Below, piece by piece: positions 1 through 10,222 of a stretch of DNA of 64,000 bases. The translations under genes were made by a program, and so were the position numbers. This DNA comes from Alphaproteobacteria bacterium (lineage in GTDB: Bacteria; Pseudomonadota; Alphaproteobacteria; RF32; CAG-239): the NCBI GenBank assembly GCA_017470165.1, contig JAFUEX010000016.1:5020-69019 (forward strand), read 5' to 3'. Every line of letters begins with the position of its first letter. The stretch's first letter is position 1. The notes below the pieces were generated by a model, which was not told the origin of the DNA, made no database searches, and saw nothing but the letters and a program-made list of their open reading frames with translations.

Positions 1-1434
1 AAGCAAAATTATACCATTCCTTTGCTGGATAACGCTAATTTTGTTCTAAACGCACTGGAAATCCTGAGCGGCAACGAAAAATTATTGCCCTTACGCGGAA
101 AATCTCCCAAGTTACGTTCCTTTGCCGAGCTTGAGCACCAAAACAAACTGATTTTGCGTGATTACAAAATCAAAGAGAAAAACGTATTCGACCAAATCGC
201 CTATATCAAAAAAGGCTTGAGTGAAATTTTTGCCAAACGTGATTTTGAAGAGCGCAGCAACTTTACTCCCGAAGAGCTGTCCCTGATTGGCAAAACCCGT
301 CGCGCACTGGCCGAAAAAAAACGTGAGTTATACGAGATTCGCACCGAGCTCAACGAGAATATGCAGCGCGTCGAACGCATAGTCAAATTCTTCAACATCT
401 ATCTCATCCCGCTCATCATCGGCATCATTGTGCTGGCCTATGGCATCCGCAACACCCGCGTCCTTCTGCGGATTAATTGGCGTATCACCAACCGGCGCGT
501 TTGGATAATGGCGGTTATCTCCGCTTGCATTTTGGCTTTGGGCATCGGCAGCTACTATCTTCGCAAACAAGAAAGCGAGGACGAGCCGATAAAAGACTAC
601 ATTTTCGAAAAATTACACAGCCAAATAAACGATGTAAGCGAGATACGCCTCAAAAATTCTAAAGGCGAATTAATCCTCACCAAAGATTATTTGCAGCAAA
701 GCGGCCCCGTCACCGCCGATTCTCCGGCGGATGCTCCTCTGTGGGTTGATAAAGCGCATCCGCAATTTTTAGTCAACCAAAACCGCATCAAAAGTTTCTT
801 AAGTTCATTATTGGAGGCGCGTATCTACGAAAAGAAATCCGATAAAATCGAAAATATGGCCTCTTTCGGTTTTACCACGGATGACAACGGCCGCCCTCTT
901 TCCGCACAAATTAATTTGTTCGACGATTCTTCGCAGCAAATATTGGGCTTTGAAGTTGGCAAATATGACGTAGAGTTAGGCCGCGGTGCGGTCGGCGCCT
1001 ATATCAAATTACCCGACCAATTCCAAGTTTGGCTGGCCGAGCTTGATTTGGTCGATTTGGATACCGACTATCACTACTGGAGTTTTGCCAATTTGTGGAA
1101 CCTCCAATTGGGGCGCATCGCCGCAATAAACAATTCTTCCGATGTAGATTTTGTTGCTGAGTTAACCAAAATTATGCTCAACGTTCCGCTTAGCGAAAAA
1201 CTATCGCACATAAGCTATGACAAACTAAAACAAACCCTGAACCTGCGAGGTGAATACTTCAACCGCTTGACGCTGGATTTCTACGAAAACGATGGAAAAT
1301 ACTATGTCCACTATTATTTTACGGGCATTAACGGCCATCCGCTATTACAAAAATTTGCCGACCGTATGGACGGCTATTATGAGTTATCCGCTAAAGATAT
1401 GGAGAAAATTGAGCGTGCTGCTGCCCCAAAATAA
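1..1434 (+). CDS. GldG-like ABC-transporter auxiliary protein, C-terminal part (5' end outside window), continuing into a DUF4340-like domain
   Basis: The reading frame is open from base 1. NANFVLNALEILSG..LLPLRGK is followed by two TM helices (IYLIPLIIGIIVLAYGI and VWIMAVISACILALGIGSYYL) and then a ~290-aa soluble tail. Confidence 0.45.
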   Translation, partial: KQNYTIPLLDNANFVLNALEILSGNEKLLPLRGKSPKLRSFAELEHQNKLILRDYKIKEKNVFDQIAYIKKGLSEIFAKRDFEERSNFTPEELSLIGKTRRALAEKKRELYEIRTELNENMQRVERIVKFFNIYLIPLIIGIIVLAYGIRNTRVLLRINWRITNRRVWIMAVISACILALGIGSYYLRKQESEDEPIKDYIFEKLHSQINDVSEIRLKNSKGELILTKDYLQQSGPVTADSPADAPLWVDKAHPQFLVNQNRIKSFLSSLLEARIYEKKSDKIENMASFGFTTDDNGRPLSAQINLFDDSSQQILGFEVGKYDVELGRGAVGAYIKLPDQFQVWLAELDLVDLDTDYHYWSFANLWNLQLGRIAAINNSSDVDFVAELTKIMLNVPLSEKLSHISYDKLKQTLNLRGEYFNRLTLDFYENDGKYYVHYYFTGINGHPLLQKFADRMDGYYELSAKDMEKIERAAAPK

Positions 1435-2356
1435 AATTGACCGACTGAAAAAAATCGCGGCGATATCTTCCGTATCGCTGGCCGTTGGCTTATGTCTGCT
1501 GAAAGTAATCGGCGCTGCTCTCAGCGGTTCTCTTTCGATATTTTCATCCATGATAGACAGCCTCTCGGACATCATAGCCTCCCTCATTACCCTGATATCC
1601 ATCCGCATCTCCGGTCGTCCGGCCTCCTGCGACTATCGTTACGGCTACGGCAAGGTTGAAGCCTTAAGTGCCTTAGCCCAAGCGCTGTTTATTGCCGTCT
1701 CCGGAGGTTTTATTTTATACGATGCCATCTGGCGGCTCATTGAACATCGTTACTTAAGCCAAACTGTCATCGGTATAGCAATTATGGTCATCAGCCTGAT
1801 ATTAACCCTGATTTTAGTGGCCTTTCAGCGTCACGTGGCCAAACTCACCAATTCCCAAGCCATAATGGCGGATTCTCAACATTATAGTGTTGATATCTAC
1901 ACCAATTTGGCCATTATCGCCTCATTGGCAGTCATTTATTGGTGGCATATCTATTGGATAGACGCCGCTATGGCCATAGCTGCCGCCATCTATCTGTTGC
2001 ACGTAGCTTGGAAATTAGGACGCTATGCCGCATCTCTGCTTTTGGATAAAGAGCTCGGAGAAGACATCCGTCGTCGTGTTATTGAGATTGTAGCCTCCCA
2101 TCCTCTGCATCCTGACATCCACGACCTGCGCACTCGCGATTTGGGTGGACATTATATGTTCGAATTTCATTTGGAATTAGACGGAGCTCAGTCCTTGCTC
2201 GAAGCGCACCGCCACACCGAAGAAGTCGAAACTCTGCTGCGCCAAACCTATCCTGATGCCCAAATCATCATCCATCAAGACCCCAAAGGCATCGACGAAG
2301 AGCGTCTCGACCGCCACCTGACCGGCAGCGGCTGCTCCATATCAACCAAACCCTAG
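1415..2356 (+). CDS. cation diffusion facilitator (CDF) family metal efflux transporter
   Basis: SMIDSLSDIIASLITL, YGYGKVEALSAL, and a C-terminal HYMFEFHLELDG..IIIHQDP domain. I chose the in-frame GTG at 1415 because the ORF-track start at 1292 overlaps the upstream gene. Confidence 0.75.
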   Translation: MLLPQNKIDRLKKIAAISSVSLAVGLCLLKVIGAALSGSLSIFSSMIDSLSDIIASLITLISIRISGRPASCDYRYGYGKVEALSALAQALFIAVSGGFILYDAIWRLIEHRYLSQTVIGIAIMVISLILTLILVAFQRHVAKLTNSQAIMADSQHYSVDIYTNLAIIASLAVIYWWHIYWIDAAMAIAAAIYLLHVAWKLGRYAASLLLDKELGEDIRRRVIEIVASHPLHPDIHDLRTRDLGGHYMFEFHLELDGAQSLLEAHRHTEEVETLLRQTYPDAQIIIHQDPKGIDEERLDRHLTGSGCSISTKP

Positions 2357-3277
2357 CTATTTTTTATTAAGCGGAAATATCTGTACACCGGAATGCGCCA
2401 AAACACCGGCCGACGCGCTGCGACGATTAGTGCTGCCGCCGTTAACCGCAGACGACCTTTCGGCATAACTTCCGCCCTGAGCTTGCGGATTTTGCAAAAC
2501 CGGCGCCAACGGATAGGCATTCTTACCGAAGCGCAACAACATATATCCCGAGCCGCCGCCATAAGCCGGTCCCGACAACCCGATGGAATAATATCCGCCG
2601 ATATACCCATAATCAAGGTCGACATAATCAACCACAAACACCGACTTAATATGCGACGAACCGATAGTCGTCATCTTGCAGTTATACTGACTGTCTTCCA
2701 ACAAAATATGGTCAAGATCGCGCACAAACAATATCGACTGCGATGGCGTACACGACGCGGCTTGCCCGCCGTAAGTAAGATTATAATTAAGAATAAGCCG
2801 CAGCAAATCTTGCCGTTTATCAACAATCACATCGGTAATTTTCACACTGTCGATATAAACATTGGTTGGCACAATCCCCACCTTAACCGGCAAGGTTACA
2901 TATTCGTCCAAACAAGTATGCGTGCGGTCATCAGCGCGGCAGATAAGCGCAGTCGAATAATTGTTGTTGTCCAACAACTGCAACAAAGCATTGTAAACAT
3001 ATTCGCGGGTCATCGACAATCTTGCCGGAGCACACTGCTGCGAACGACACACCACCACCGGAGTATGTTCGACCGCCGCTTGGGTATACTTCGCCTCCCG
3101 TTTGGCCTCTGCCGACGCAACACAATCGCTGCAAGTTTCTTCATACCACTTTCCCGCACTATCCAGCATCTCTCCGGAAAGCACTTGCTTAGGTGTATGT
3201 GTGCGCATATACTCGCATCCGCACAAAACGACGGCCATCATCACGCCGGCCGCCAACAAAGACATCTTTTTCAACAT
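2357..3277 (-). CDS. hypothetical Cys-rich lipoprotein
   Basis: MLKKMSLLAAGVMMAVVLCGC is a signal peptide plus lipobox. No domain was recognised. The composition is more plausible than that of the Arg-rich antisense ORF. Confidence 0.55.
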   Translation of the reverse strand: MLKKMSLLAAGVMMAVVLCGCEYMRTHTPKQVLSGEMLDSAGKWYEETCSDCVASAEAKREAKYTQAAVEHTPVVVCRSQQCAPARLSMTREYVYNALLQLLDNNNYSTALICRADDRTHTCLDEYVTLPVKVGIVPTNVYIDSVKITDVIVDKRQDLLRLILNYNLTYGGQAASCTPSQSILFVRDLDHILLEDSQYNCKMTTIGSSHIKSVFVVDYVDLDYGYIGGYYSIGLSGPAYGGGSGYMLLRFGKNAYPLAPVLQNPQAQGGSYAERSSAVNGGSTNRRSASAGVLAHSGVQIFPLNKK

Positions 3278-3439
3278 ATCAGCGCCCTGAATTATCTTCA
3301 ATTTATGCTCATAATAAGACAGCCCCCGCGATAAAGAAAATATTTTTTTAAAGTTATTCCAGTATTTTTTTAGTTTTTGCTTGCCTATTTACAAATTACA
3401 TTGCAGAGTAATGAAAAAATCAAAATAAGGTGGTAAAGT

Positions 3440-3937
3440 ATGAGAAAAATATTGTTATTTGTATTACTGGCAGTCTTAAGCGGGATTTTCGCGGCTCAAA
3501 ATCAAGCTGCGGAAAACTATCGGGTGGTCGACGGTGACAGTTTGGAAAAAGGTACTCTTCGCATCCGACTTGAGGGGATAGATGCCCCGGAATACCTGCA
3601 GGATTGTTATGACGCCCATCAGGAAAAATACCGTTGCGGTCTTAAATCTATGGATTATTTGCAAGAACTCACCGCCGGTAAAATATTCTGCAAAGCCCTA
3701 AGCCGCGACCGTTACGGCCGCCAACTGAGTGAATGCTTTAATGCCGAAGGTCAAAGCATCAACCGCCAAATGGTTGTCTCCGGTTGGGCCGTGGCCTATG
3801 GCGATATGTATCAAAGCGAAGAGCAAACCGCCCGCGCCAACAAATCAGGCATCTGGCAAGGCAAATTTATGCGCCCCGAACTATACCGCGCCATCAACCG
3901 CGCCAAGGACAAACGCAACAAAATTAAAAAAATGTAA
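3440..3937 (+). CDS. secreted thermonuclease (staphylococcal nuclease, SNase-like) family protein
   Basis: N-terminal signal peptide; VVDGDSL..IRLEGIDAPE, RDRYGRQLSECF and GWAVAY are typical SNc motifs. Confidence 0.75.
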   Translation: MRKILLFVLLAVLSGIFAAQNQAAENYRVVDGDSLEKGTLRIRLEGIDAPEYLQDCYDAHQEKYRCGLKSMDYLQELTAGKIFCKALSRDRYGRQLSECFNAEGQSINRQMVVSGWAVAYGDMYQSEEQTARANKSGIWQGKFMRPELYRAINRAKDKRNKIKKM

Positions 3938-3947
3938 AAAAATCTTA

Positions 3948-3975
3948 TTGACAGCAACAAAAAGTTATGTATATT
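3948..3975 (+). promoter_or_regulatory. sigma70-type promoter upstream of rplU (TTGACA-N16-TATATT)
   Basis: TTGACA at 3948-3953 and TATATT at 3970-3975, about 40 nt upstream of the rplU ATG. Confidence 0.55.
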
Positions 3976-4013
3976 GCAAAGCAACGTTTTATATTTTATA
4001 AAGGGTAAAAAAT

Positions 4014-4316
4014 ATGTATGCAGTAATTAAAACAGGCGGAAAACAATACCGCGTTGCTTCCGGCGATGTTCTCAAAATAGAAAAAATCGCCGCGGAAGAA
4101 GGAAAAGAGGTAGTTTTTAACGAGGTTTTGGCTTTGGGTGACACCATCGGGACTCCCAATGTTGCCGGTGCCAGCGTTAAAGCTATGGTTTTGAAACAGG
4201 CTAAAGACAAGAAAGTTATTGTTTTCAAGAAAAAGAGAAGACAAAACTATCGTCGCAAAAACGGTCACAGACAAAACATTACATTGGTTAAAATCACCGA
4301 TGTAATCGGCAAGTAA
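4014..4316 (+). CDS. rplU: 50S ribosomal protein L21
   Basis: MYAVIKTGGKQYRVASGDVLKIEK, the canonical L21 N-terminus. Confidence 0.95.
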   Translation: MYAVIKTGGKQYRVASGDVLKIEKIAAEEGKEVVFNEVLALGDTIGTPNVAGASVKAMVLKQAKDKKVIVFKKKRRQNYRRKNGHRQNITLVKITDVIGK

Positions 4317-4331
4317 TAAGGAGAAAAAACA

Positions 4332-4586
4332 ATGGCTCATAAGAAATCTGGCGGTAGTTCTTCGAACGGACGTGATTCCATCGGGCGTCGTTTGGGTTTG
4401 AAAAAATCCGGCGGTCAGGTTGTCATCCCCGGAAACATCATTGTTCGTCAGCGCGGAACCCAATATCACCCCGGTGTTAATGTCGGCATGGGCAAAGATC
4501 ACACCATTTTTGCCTTAACCGAAGGAAAGGTTGCCTTTTCGAAAAAAGCCGGTAACAAAACGGTTGTTTCGGTTATCGCCGAATAA
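4332..4586 (+). CDS. rpmA: 50S ribosomal protein L27
   Basis: [24 protein letters not shown], the canonical L27. Confidence 0.95.
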   Translation: MAHKKSGGSSSNGRDSIGRRLGLKKSGGQVVIPGNIIVRQRGTQYHPGVNVGMGKDHTIFALTEGKVAFSKKAGNKTVVSVIAE

Positions 4587-4630
4587 TCGACCCTGCGTCG
4601 TTATTTCGGAGACAACGCCAAAGCAATACC

Positions 4631-4660
4631 AAGGGGATGTTGATGCATCCCCTTTGTTAT
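4631..4660 (+). terminator. rho-independent terminator after rpmA
   Basis: Stem AAGGGGATG / CATCCCCTT followed by TTGTTATT. Confidence 0.6.
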
Positions 4661-4692
4661 TCACTGAGGATAAAAAAATCTAGCGGAGTTAA

Positions 4693-5760
<1,068 letters not shown>

Positions 5761-5787
5761 TTTTGTAATATCAAGGAGTAACTACAA

Positions 5788-6150
5788 GTGGTAAAAACAA
5801 CCAAAAAACAAAATGATAAAATAACCCAAGAGATTTTGGAAATCGTGCAAAAGTCTTTGGACGACGGTAAAGCCGAAGACATCACGGTGATTGACTTAGC
5901 CGGCAAGTCAACCATTGCCAACTATATGGTAGTAGCCAGCGGCACCTCCAACCGCCATGTCGCGGCATTGGCCGAAAATTTGCAAATAAAGTTAAAAGAA
6001 CAGGGCCACAAATCAATCTCAGAAGGAGCAGAAAAAGCCGATTGGATTTTGATTGATGCTTACGATGTCATTGTCCACATTTTCAAACCGGAAGTACGCA
6101 ATTTCTACTCGCTGGAAAAAATGTGGTCAATGGCCAAAAAACAAGACTAA
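5788..6150 (+). CDS. rsfS: ribosome silencing factor RsfS (iojap-like)
   Basis: GTG start. DITVIDLAGKSTIANYMVVASGTSNRHV..WILIDAYDVIVHIF is a typical RsfS core. Confidence 0.85.
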   Translation: MVKTTKKQNDKITQEILEIVQKSLDDGKAEDITVIDLAGKSTIANYMVVASGTSNRHVAALAENLQIKLKEQGHKSISEGAEKADWILIDAYDVIVHIFKPEVRNFYSLEKMWSMAKKQD

Positions 6151-6315
6151 CTATTCATTTTTCCATAGCCTCAGTATAGCCTCAAGCAGGATTACGCGTA
6201 AAATTTTGCCGATGGAACAGTCGCTTATACCCTTTTGCCGACTAAAACGCCCCTTGATTGATACTTATTGTTGCTATGCACTTGTTGTCTGCTCGCCGTT
6301 TTATATTTCAACAAC

Positions 6316-6370
6316 AAAAATCCCCTCTGCATAAACCGCTCAAGCGGTCGACAAAGGGGATTTTGTTTTT
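6316..6370. terminator. bidirectional terminator between the convergent genes rsfS and rpsA
   Basis: AAAAATCCCCT ... AGGGGATTTT, flanked by an A-run and a T-run. An inner hairpin ACCGCT-CA-AGCGGT sits in the loop. Confidence 0.55.
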
Positions 6371-6387
6371 AGGCTATTGCTCTTGCT

Positions 6388-8073
6388 TTAAGCGTTTTTC
6401 TTCAACGCTGCACCCAAAGCATCACCCAAGGCCGAGTTTCCGGTATCCGAATTGGCATACTCTTCCAATGCCTTCTTCTCTTCATCAATCTCCAAGGCTT
6501 TGATTGACAAACCAATCTTCGAGTTCTTGCGATCAACCGAAGTAACTTTGGCTTCAATCTTATCACCTTCGTGGAAATTTTCCGGATTCTGTGAAGCCTT
6601 GTCTCTGCCCAAATCAGCCTTCTTGATAGAAGCGCTCAAGCCGTTTACATCAACGACCACTGCTTTATCTTCAATAGCTGTAACTGTAGCCGAAACAATA
6701 TCGCCTTTCTTGATGCCGTCCAAAGCAGCCGAAACGCTGTCTTCGGTGAGCTGCTTAATACCCAAGCTGATACGCTCTTTTTCTACATCGACATCAATAA
6801 TTTTGGCTTGGATATCCTGACCTTTGGTATATTCCTTAACCGCCTCTTCTCCGGACTTGCTCCAAGAGATATCCGACAAGTGAATCATACCGTCAATCTC
6901 ATCCGACAAACCGATAAACAAACCAAATTCGGTAATGTTTTTGATTTTGCCTTCAATAACCGAGCCCAGCGGATGCTCTTCGACATAAGCAGCCCACGGA
7001 TTAGGTGTGCATTGCTTAATACCGAGGCTGATACGTCTCTTTTCGGCATCAACTTCCAAAACCTTAACTTCAACTTCTTGCGAAGTAGAAACGATTTTGC
7101 CCGGATGAACATTTTTGCGTGTCCAGCTCATTTCCGAAACATGAACCAAACCTTCGATTCCGTCTTCCAGTTCGACAAATGCACCGTAGTCAGTGATATT
7201 GGTAACTTTACCCTTATAAACCTGACCAACCTCATATTTGCCTTCAACCTGAGCCCAAGGATCGGCCTCCAGTTGTTTCATACCCAAGCTGATGCGTTGA
7301 TTATCCTCATTAAACTTGATAACCTGAACTTTAACCGTCTGGCCGACGCTCAAAACCTCAGCCGGATGATTAATTCTGCGCCACGAAATATCGGTAACGT
7401 GCAACAATCCGTCAACGCCACCCAAATCAATGAATGCACCGTAATCGGTAATGTTTTTAACCACGCCTTCCAAAACCGAACCCTCTTTGAGATCACCGAT
7501 TAACTCAGCTCTGGCCTCAGCGCGGGTCTCTTCCAAAACGACACGGCGCGAAACAACAATATTGCCTCTAACCTTGTCCATTTTCAAAATTTGGAACGGC
7601 TGCATTACGCCCATCAACGGAGTAATATCGCGGATAGGACGAATATCGATTTGCGAACCGGGCAGAAAAGCAATTGCTCCGTTCAAATCAACCGTAAAGC
7701 CGCCCTTAACGCGTCCAAAAATAACACCGTTAACTCTTTCGCCGGCATTCAGCGATTTTTCCAAATCATGCCATGCCTCTTCACGACGAGCCTTTTCGCG
7801 CGACAATACAATATTGCCGTCTTTGTCTTCATAACGGTCAACATAAACCTCAACCACATCGCCGATTTTCAGCTCCGGATTTTGGCCAAACTCGCGCAAA
7901 GGAATGCGTCCCTCCGACTTCAAGCCGACATCAACCGTCGCAAAATCGGAGGTCAAACGAATAATCGTACCCTTAACAACCGAACCGGTAATACCATTAT
8001 CACCAAACTGTTCATTGAGCAGCTCTTCAAAATTTTCGTTTGTTTCGGGAATTTTAAATTCAGTATTTGTCAT
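6388..8073 (-). CDS. rpsA: 30S ribosomal protein S1
   Basis: 561 aa with six S1 repeats (for example GSVVKGTIIRL and GQVYKGKVTNITDYGAFVEL). Confidence 0.95.
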   Translation of the reverse strand: MTNTEFKIPETNENFEELLNEQFGDNGITGSVVKGTIIRLTSDFATVDVGLKSEGRIPLREFGQNPELKIGDVVEVYVDRYEDKDGNIVLSREKARREEAWHDLEKSLNAGERVNGVIFGRVKGGFTVDLNGAIAFLPGSQIDIRPIRDITPLMGVMQPFQILKMDKVRGNIVVSRRVVLEETRAEARAELIGDLKEGSVLEGVVKNITDYGAFIDLGGVDGLLHVTDISWRRINHPAEVLSVGQTVKVQVIKFNEDNQRISLGMKQLEADPWAQVEGKYEVGQVYKGKVTNITDYGAFVELEDGIEGLVHVSEMSWTRKNVHPGKIVSTSQEVEVKVLEVDAEKRRISLGIKQCTPNPWAAYVEEHPLGSVIEGKIKNITEFGLFIGLSDEIDGMIHLSDISWSKSGEEAVKEYTKGQDIQAKIIDVDVEKERISLGIKQLTEDSVSAALDGIKKGDIVSATVTAIEDKAVVVDVNGLSASIKKADLGRDKASQNPENFHEGDKIEAKVTSVDRKNSKIGLSIKALEIDEEKKALEEYANSDTGNSALGDALGAALKKNA

Positions 8074-8203
8074 TAAATATTATATTTCAAAAAAATGCCT
8101 GACCGACATACACTTCGGCGGACCTGCGCGAACTAAACAATCACAAACCTTCCCAAAAGCGCGCCCTTTCAGGTAAAGCAATGCTATTTATACAGGCAAA
8201 TAT

Positions 8204-8866
8204 TTATTTTTCAAGTCTTTTTTCGACCAAATTGCTCACTTTTTCCAGCACTTCTTCAATCGACATTTCCGAAGTGTCGATAATAATAGCATCATCGGCC
8301 GGCCGCATCGGTGCCATCGCTCGGTTCATATCACGTTCGTCGCGCGCAATCGTCTGCGCCAAAACTTCCTCAAAGCTCACCTTTAGTCCCTTTTGCACAA
8401 ATTCCTTAAACCGTCGCTCGGCTCGCACCTGAGGCAATGCGGTAACAAACAACTTCAAATCCGCATCGGGACAAACTACCGTTCCGGTATCCCGTCCGTC
8501 ATACACCGCGCCTCTTGCCGGACTCCCGTCGGCAAACACCGGTTTTTTGGCAAAATCCTGTTGCATTTTCAACAGCGCTTGGCGCACCTTCGGCATCGCC
8601 GCAGCCTTTGATGCCGCCTCGCTGCCGACATTCGAGCGAAAATCCGAATGTTTGGCCAACTCCTGCATCCGCGGAAAACTTAAATTTTCGGCATACTCCT
8701 TTGCCGCAGTCTCATCGTTCAAATCCGCACCGGATAAAACCATCTCCAACCCCACCGCGCGATAAATCATACCGGTATCAAAACAGGCAAATCCGAACTT
8801 TTCCGCCAATTTAGCTGCCAAAGTCCCTTTTCCGGCCGCTGCCGGACCGTCAATCGTCACAATCAT
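8204..8866 (-). CDS. cmk: cytidylate kinase
   Basis: IVTIDGPAAAGKGTLAAKLA P-loop and DTGMIYRA. Start moved to the ATG at 8866, which has GGGAAG upstream. Confidence 0.9.
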   Translation of the reverse strand: MIVTIDGPAAAGKGTLAAKLAEKFGFACFDTGMIYRAVGLEMVLSGADLNDETAAKEYAENLSFPRMQELAKHSDFRSNVGSEAASKAAAMPKVRQALLKMQQDFAKKPVFADGSPARGAVYDGRDTGTVVCPDADLKLFVTALPQVRAERRFKEFVQKGLKVSFEEVLAQTIARDERDMNRAMAPMRPADDAIIIDTSEMSIEEVLEKVSNLVEKRLEK

Positions 8867-8983
8867 TAAAAAACTTCCCAAAAAGTAACTAAATTTTCAC
8901 TTTATTATTATTAAAATATCCGATATAATAAATTAATAAACACAAAATATTGACAATGTGCATATTTTATAAGGGAGACCGCC

Positions 8984-9469
8984 ATGTTACGATTCTTATT
9001 AGCCGCCGCAATTGCCTGCAGCCTTTCTGCCCCCGCCTCCGGCGTGGTTTTGCAGTCAGCCTCTGATGCTCTGTCCTACCGCAATGTGGTTAACTCAACC
9101 TCCTCGGCCAAAAAGCGCTCTTCCGCATCTTCAAGCACGGTTAGCCGCAGCACCTCCGCCAGCAGCCAAAGTGCTAGCCGCAGCGTCCAAAACAAAGAGG
9201 TTGACCTCACATCTGCGGTCAGCGCCAACATAGTTCTCGGACGCGGCGACACCATCGCCATCACCGTCACCGAAGACAGCTGCTGCACTTGGAAAGTAAA
9301 ATATGATGTAAATAATTTACTCTCACTGGGCAATTCGGTCAAAAACGGCGAGCGCATTTTCAATTTCAAGCAAAAGTATAATGAGGCGAGCACCATATTT
9401 TTAGATAGCGTCCTAAAAAGCGATTCTTCCACCACGCAAAACAAAGCCGTGTACATTCGAGGCGAATAA
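8984..9469 (+). CDS. hypothetical secreted protein with a Ser-rich linker
   Basis: Signal peptide MLRFLLAAAIACSLSAPASG, then a Ser-rich low-complexity stretch, then a ~90-aa C-terminal globular part. No family was recognised. Confidence 0.5.
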   Translation: MLRFLLAAAIACSLSAPASGVVLQSASDALSYRNVVNSTSSAKKRSSASSSTVSRSTSASSQSASRSVQNKEVDLTSAVSANIVLGRGDTIAITVTEDSCCTWKVKYDVNNLLSLGNSVKNGERIFNFKQKYNEASTIFLDSVLKSDSSTTQNKAVYIRGE

Positions 9470-10222
9470 ATGCACACCCTGCGTAACATCCGTTTGTTTG
9501 TCGACCAAAAGCTGAAGCCGGCATCTTTGCTCACTTTATCTGGTGCCCAATCGCACTATCTGAGCAATGTTATGCGCTGCTCTTGCGGTGAGGCAATCAA
9601 ATGCTTCAATCCCGATGATGGCGAATTTTTGTGCCGCATCACCGAGTGCAAAAAAAACGGCGTAGTTATCTTGCCGGAACAAAACATCCGCCACCCCCGC
9701 CCCGAACCCGACATTTGGTTGATTTTCTCCCCCTTAAAAAAAGACAAAACGGATTTTGTGATTGAAAAATCGGTCGAACTCGGTGTCAGTCGCATCATTC
9801 CGCTTATCACTCAGCGCACCAACGCTGCCCACATCAAAACCGAGCGTTTTGTCTTGCAGGCCGTTGAGGCTACCGAACAATGCGAACGCCTTTCAATACC
9901 GACCATCTCTTCGGCTCAAACCTTGGAAGAATTGCTTTCTTCTTGGGATGAAAAGCGTCATATATGTTTCATGGACGAGCGGCGTGCGGGACAAGATATT
10001 CTCTCGGCTTTCCGCCAACTAGAGGGTTCTCCTTGCGCCGTTTTAATCGGACCTGAGGGCGGTTTCACCGATTCCGAAGCACAATTACTCAATTCACAAC
10101 AATATGTTACTAACATCAACCTCGGCCCGCGTATTCTGCGTGCCGAAACCGCAGCCACCGCAGCTCTGTCCGTTTGGCAAGCCCTCAACGGTGACTGGCA
10201 AACCGCAAAGGAGGCTCTATGA
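9470..10222 (+). CDS. rsmE: 16S rRNA (uracil1498-N3)-methyltransferase RsmE
   Basis: RLFVDQKL.., LIFSPLKKDK..IEKSVELGVSRIIPL and LIGPEGGFTDSE are the RsmE/SPOUT signature. Confidence 0.85.
   Translation: MHTLRNIRLFVDQKLKPASLLTLSGAQSHYLSNVMRCSCGEAIKCFNPDDGEFLCRITECKKNGVVILPEQNIRHPRPEPDIWLIFSPLKKDKTDFVIEKSVELGVSRIIPLITQRTNAAHIKTERFVLQAVEATEQCERLSIPTISSAQTLEELLSSWDEKRHICFMDERRAGQDILSAFRQLEGSPCAVLIGPEGGFTDSEAQLLNSQQYVTNINLGPRILRAETAATAALSVWQALNGDWQTAKEAL

Noticed and set aside
2393-3334. 313-aa ORF on the plus strand, fully overlapping the lipoprotein gene.
   Set aside because: It has an Arg/His/Gln-rich, low-information composition typical of the antisense frame of a real gene. It has no RBS or signal features, whereas the minus-strand ORF has a clean lipoprotein signal peptide.
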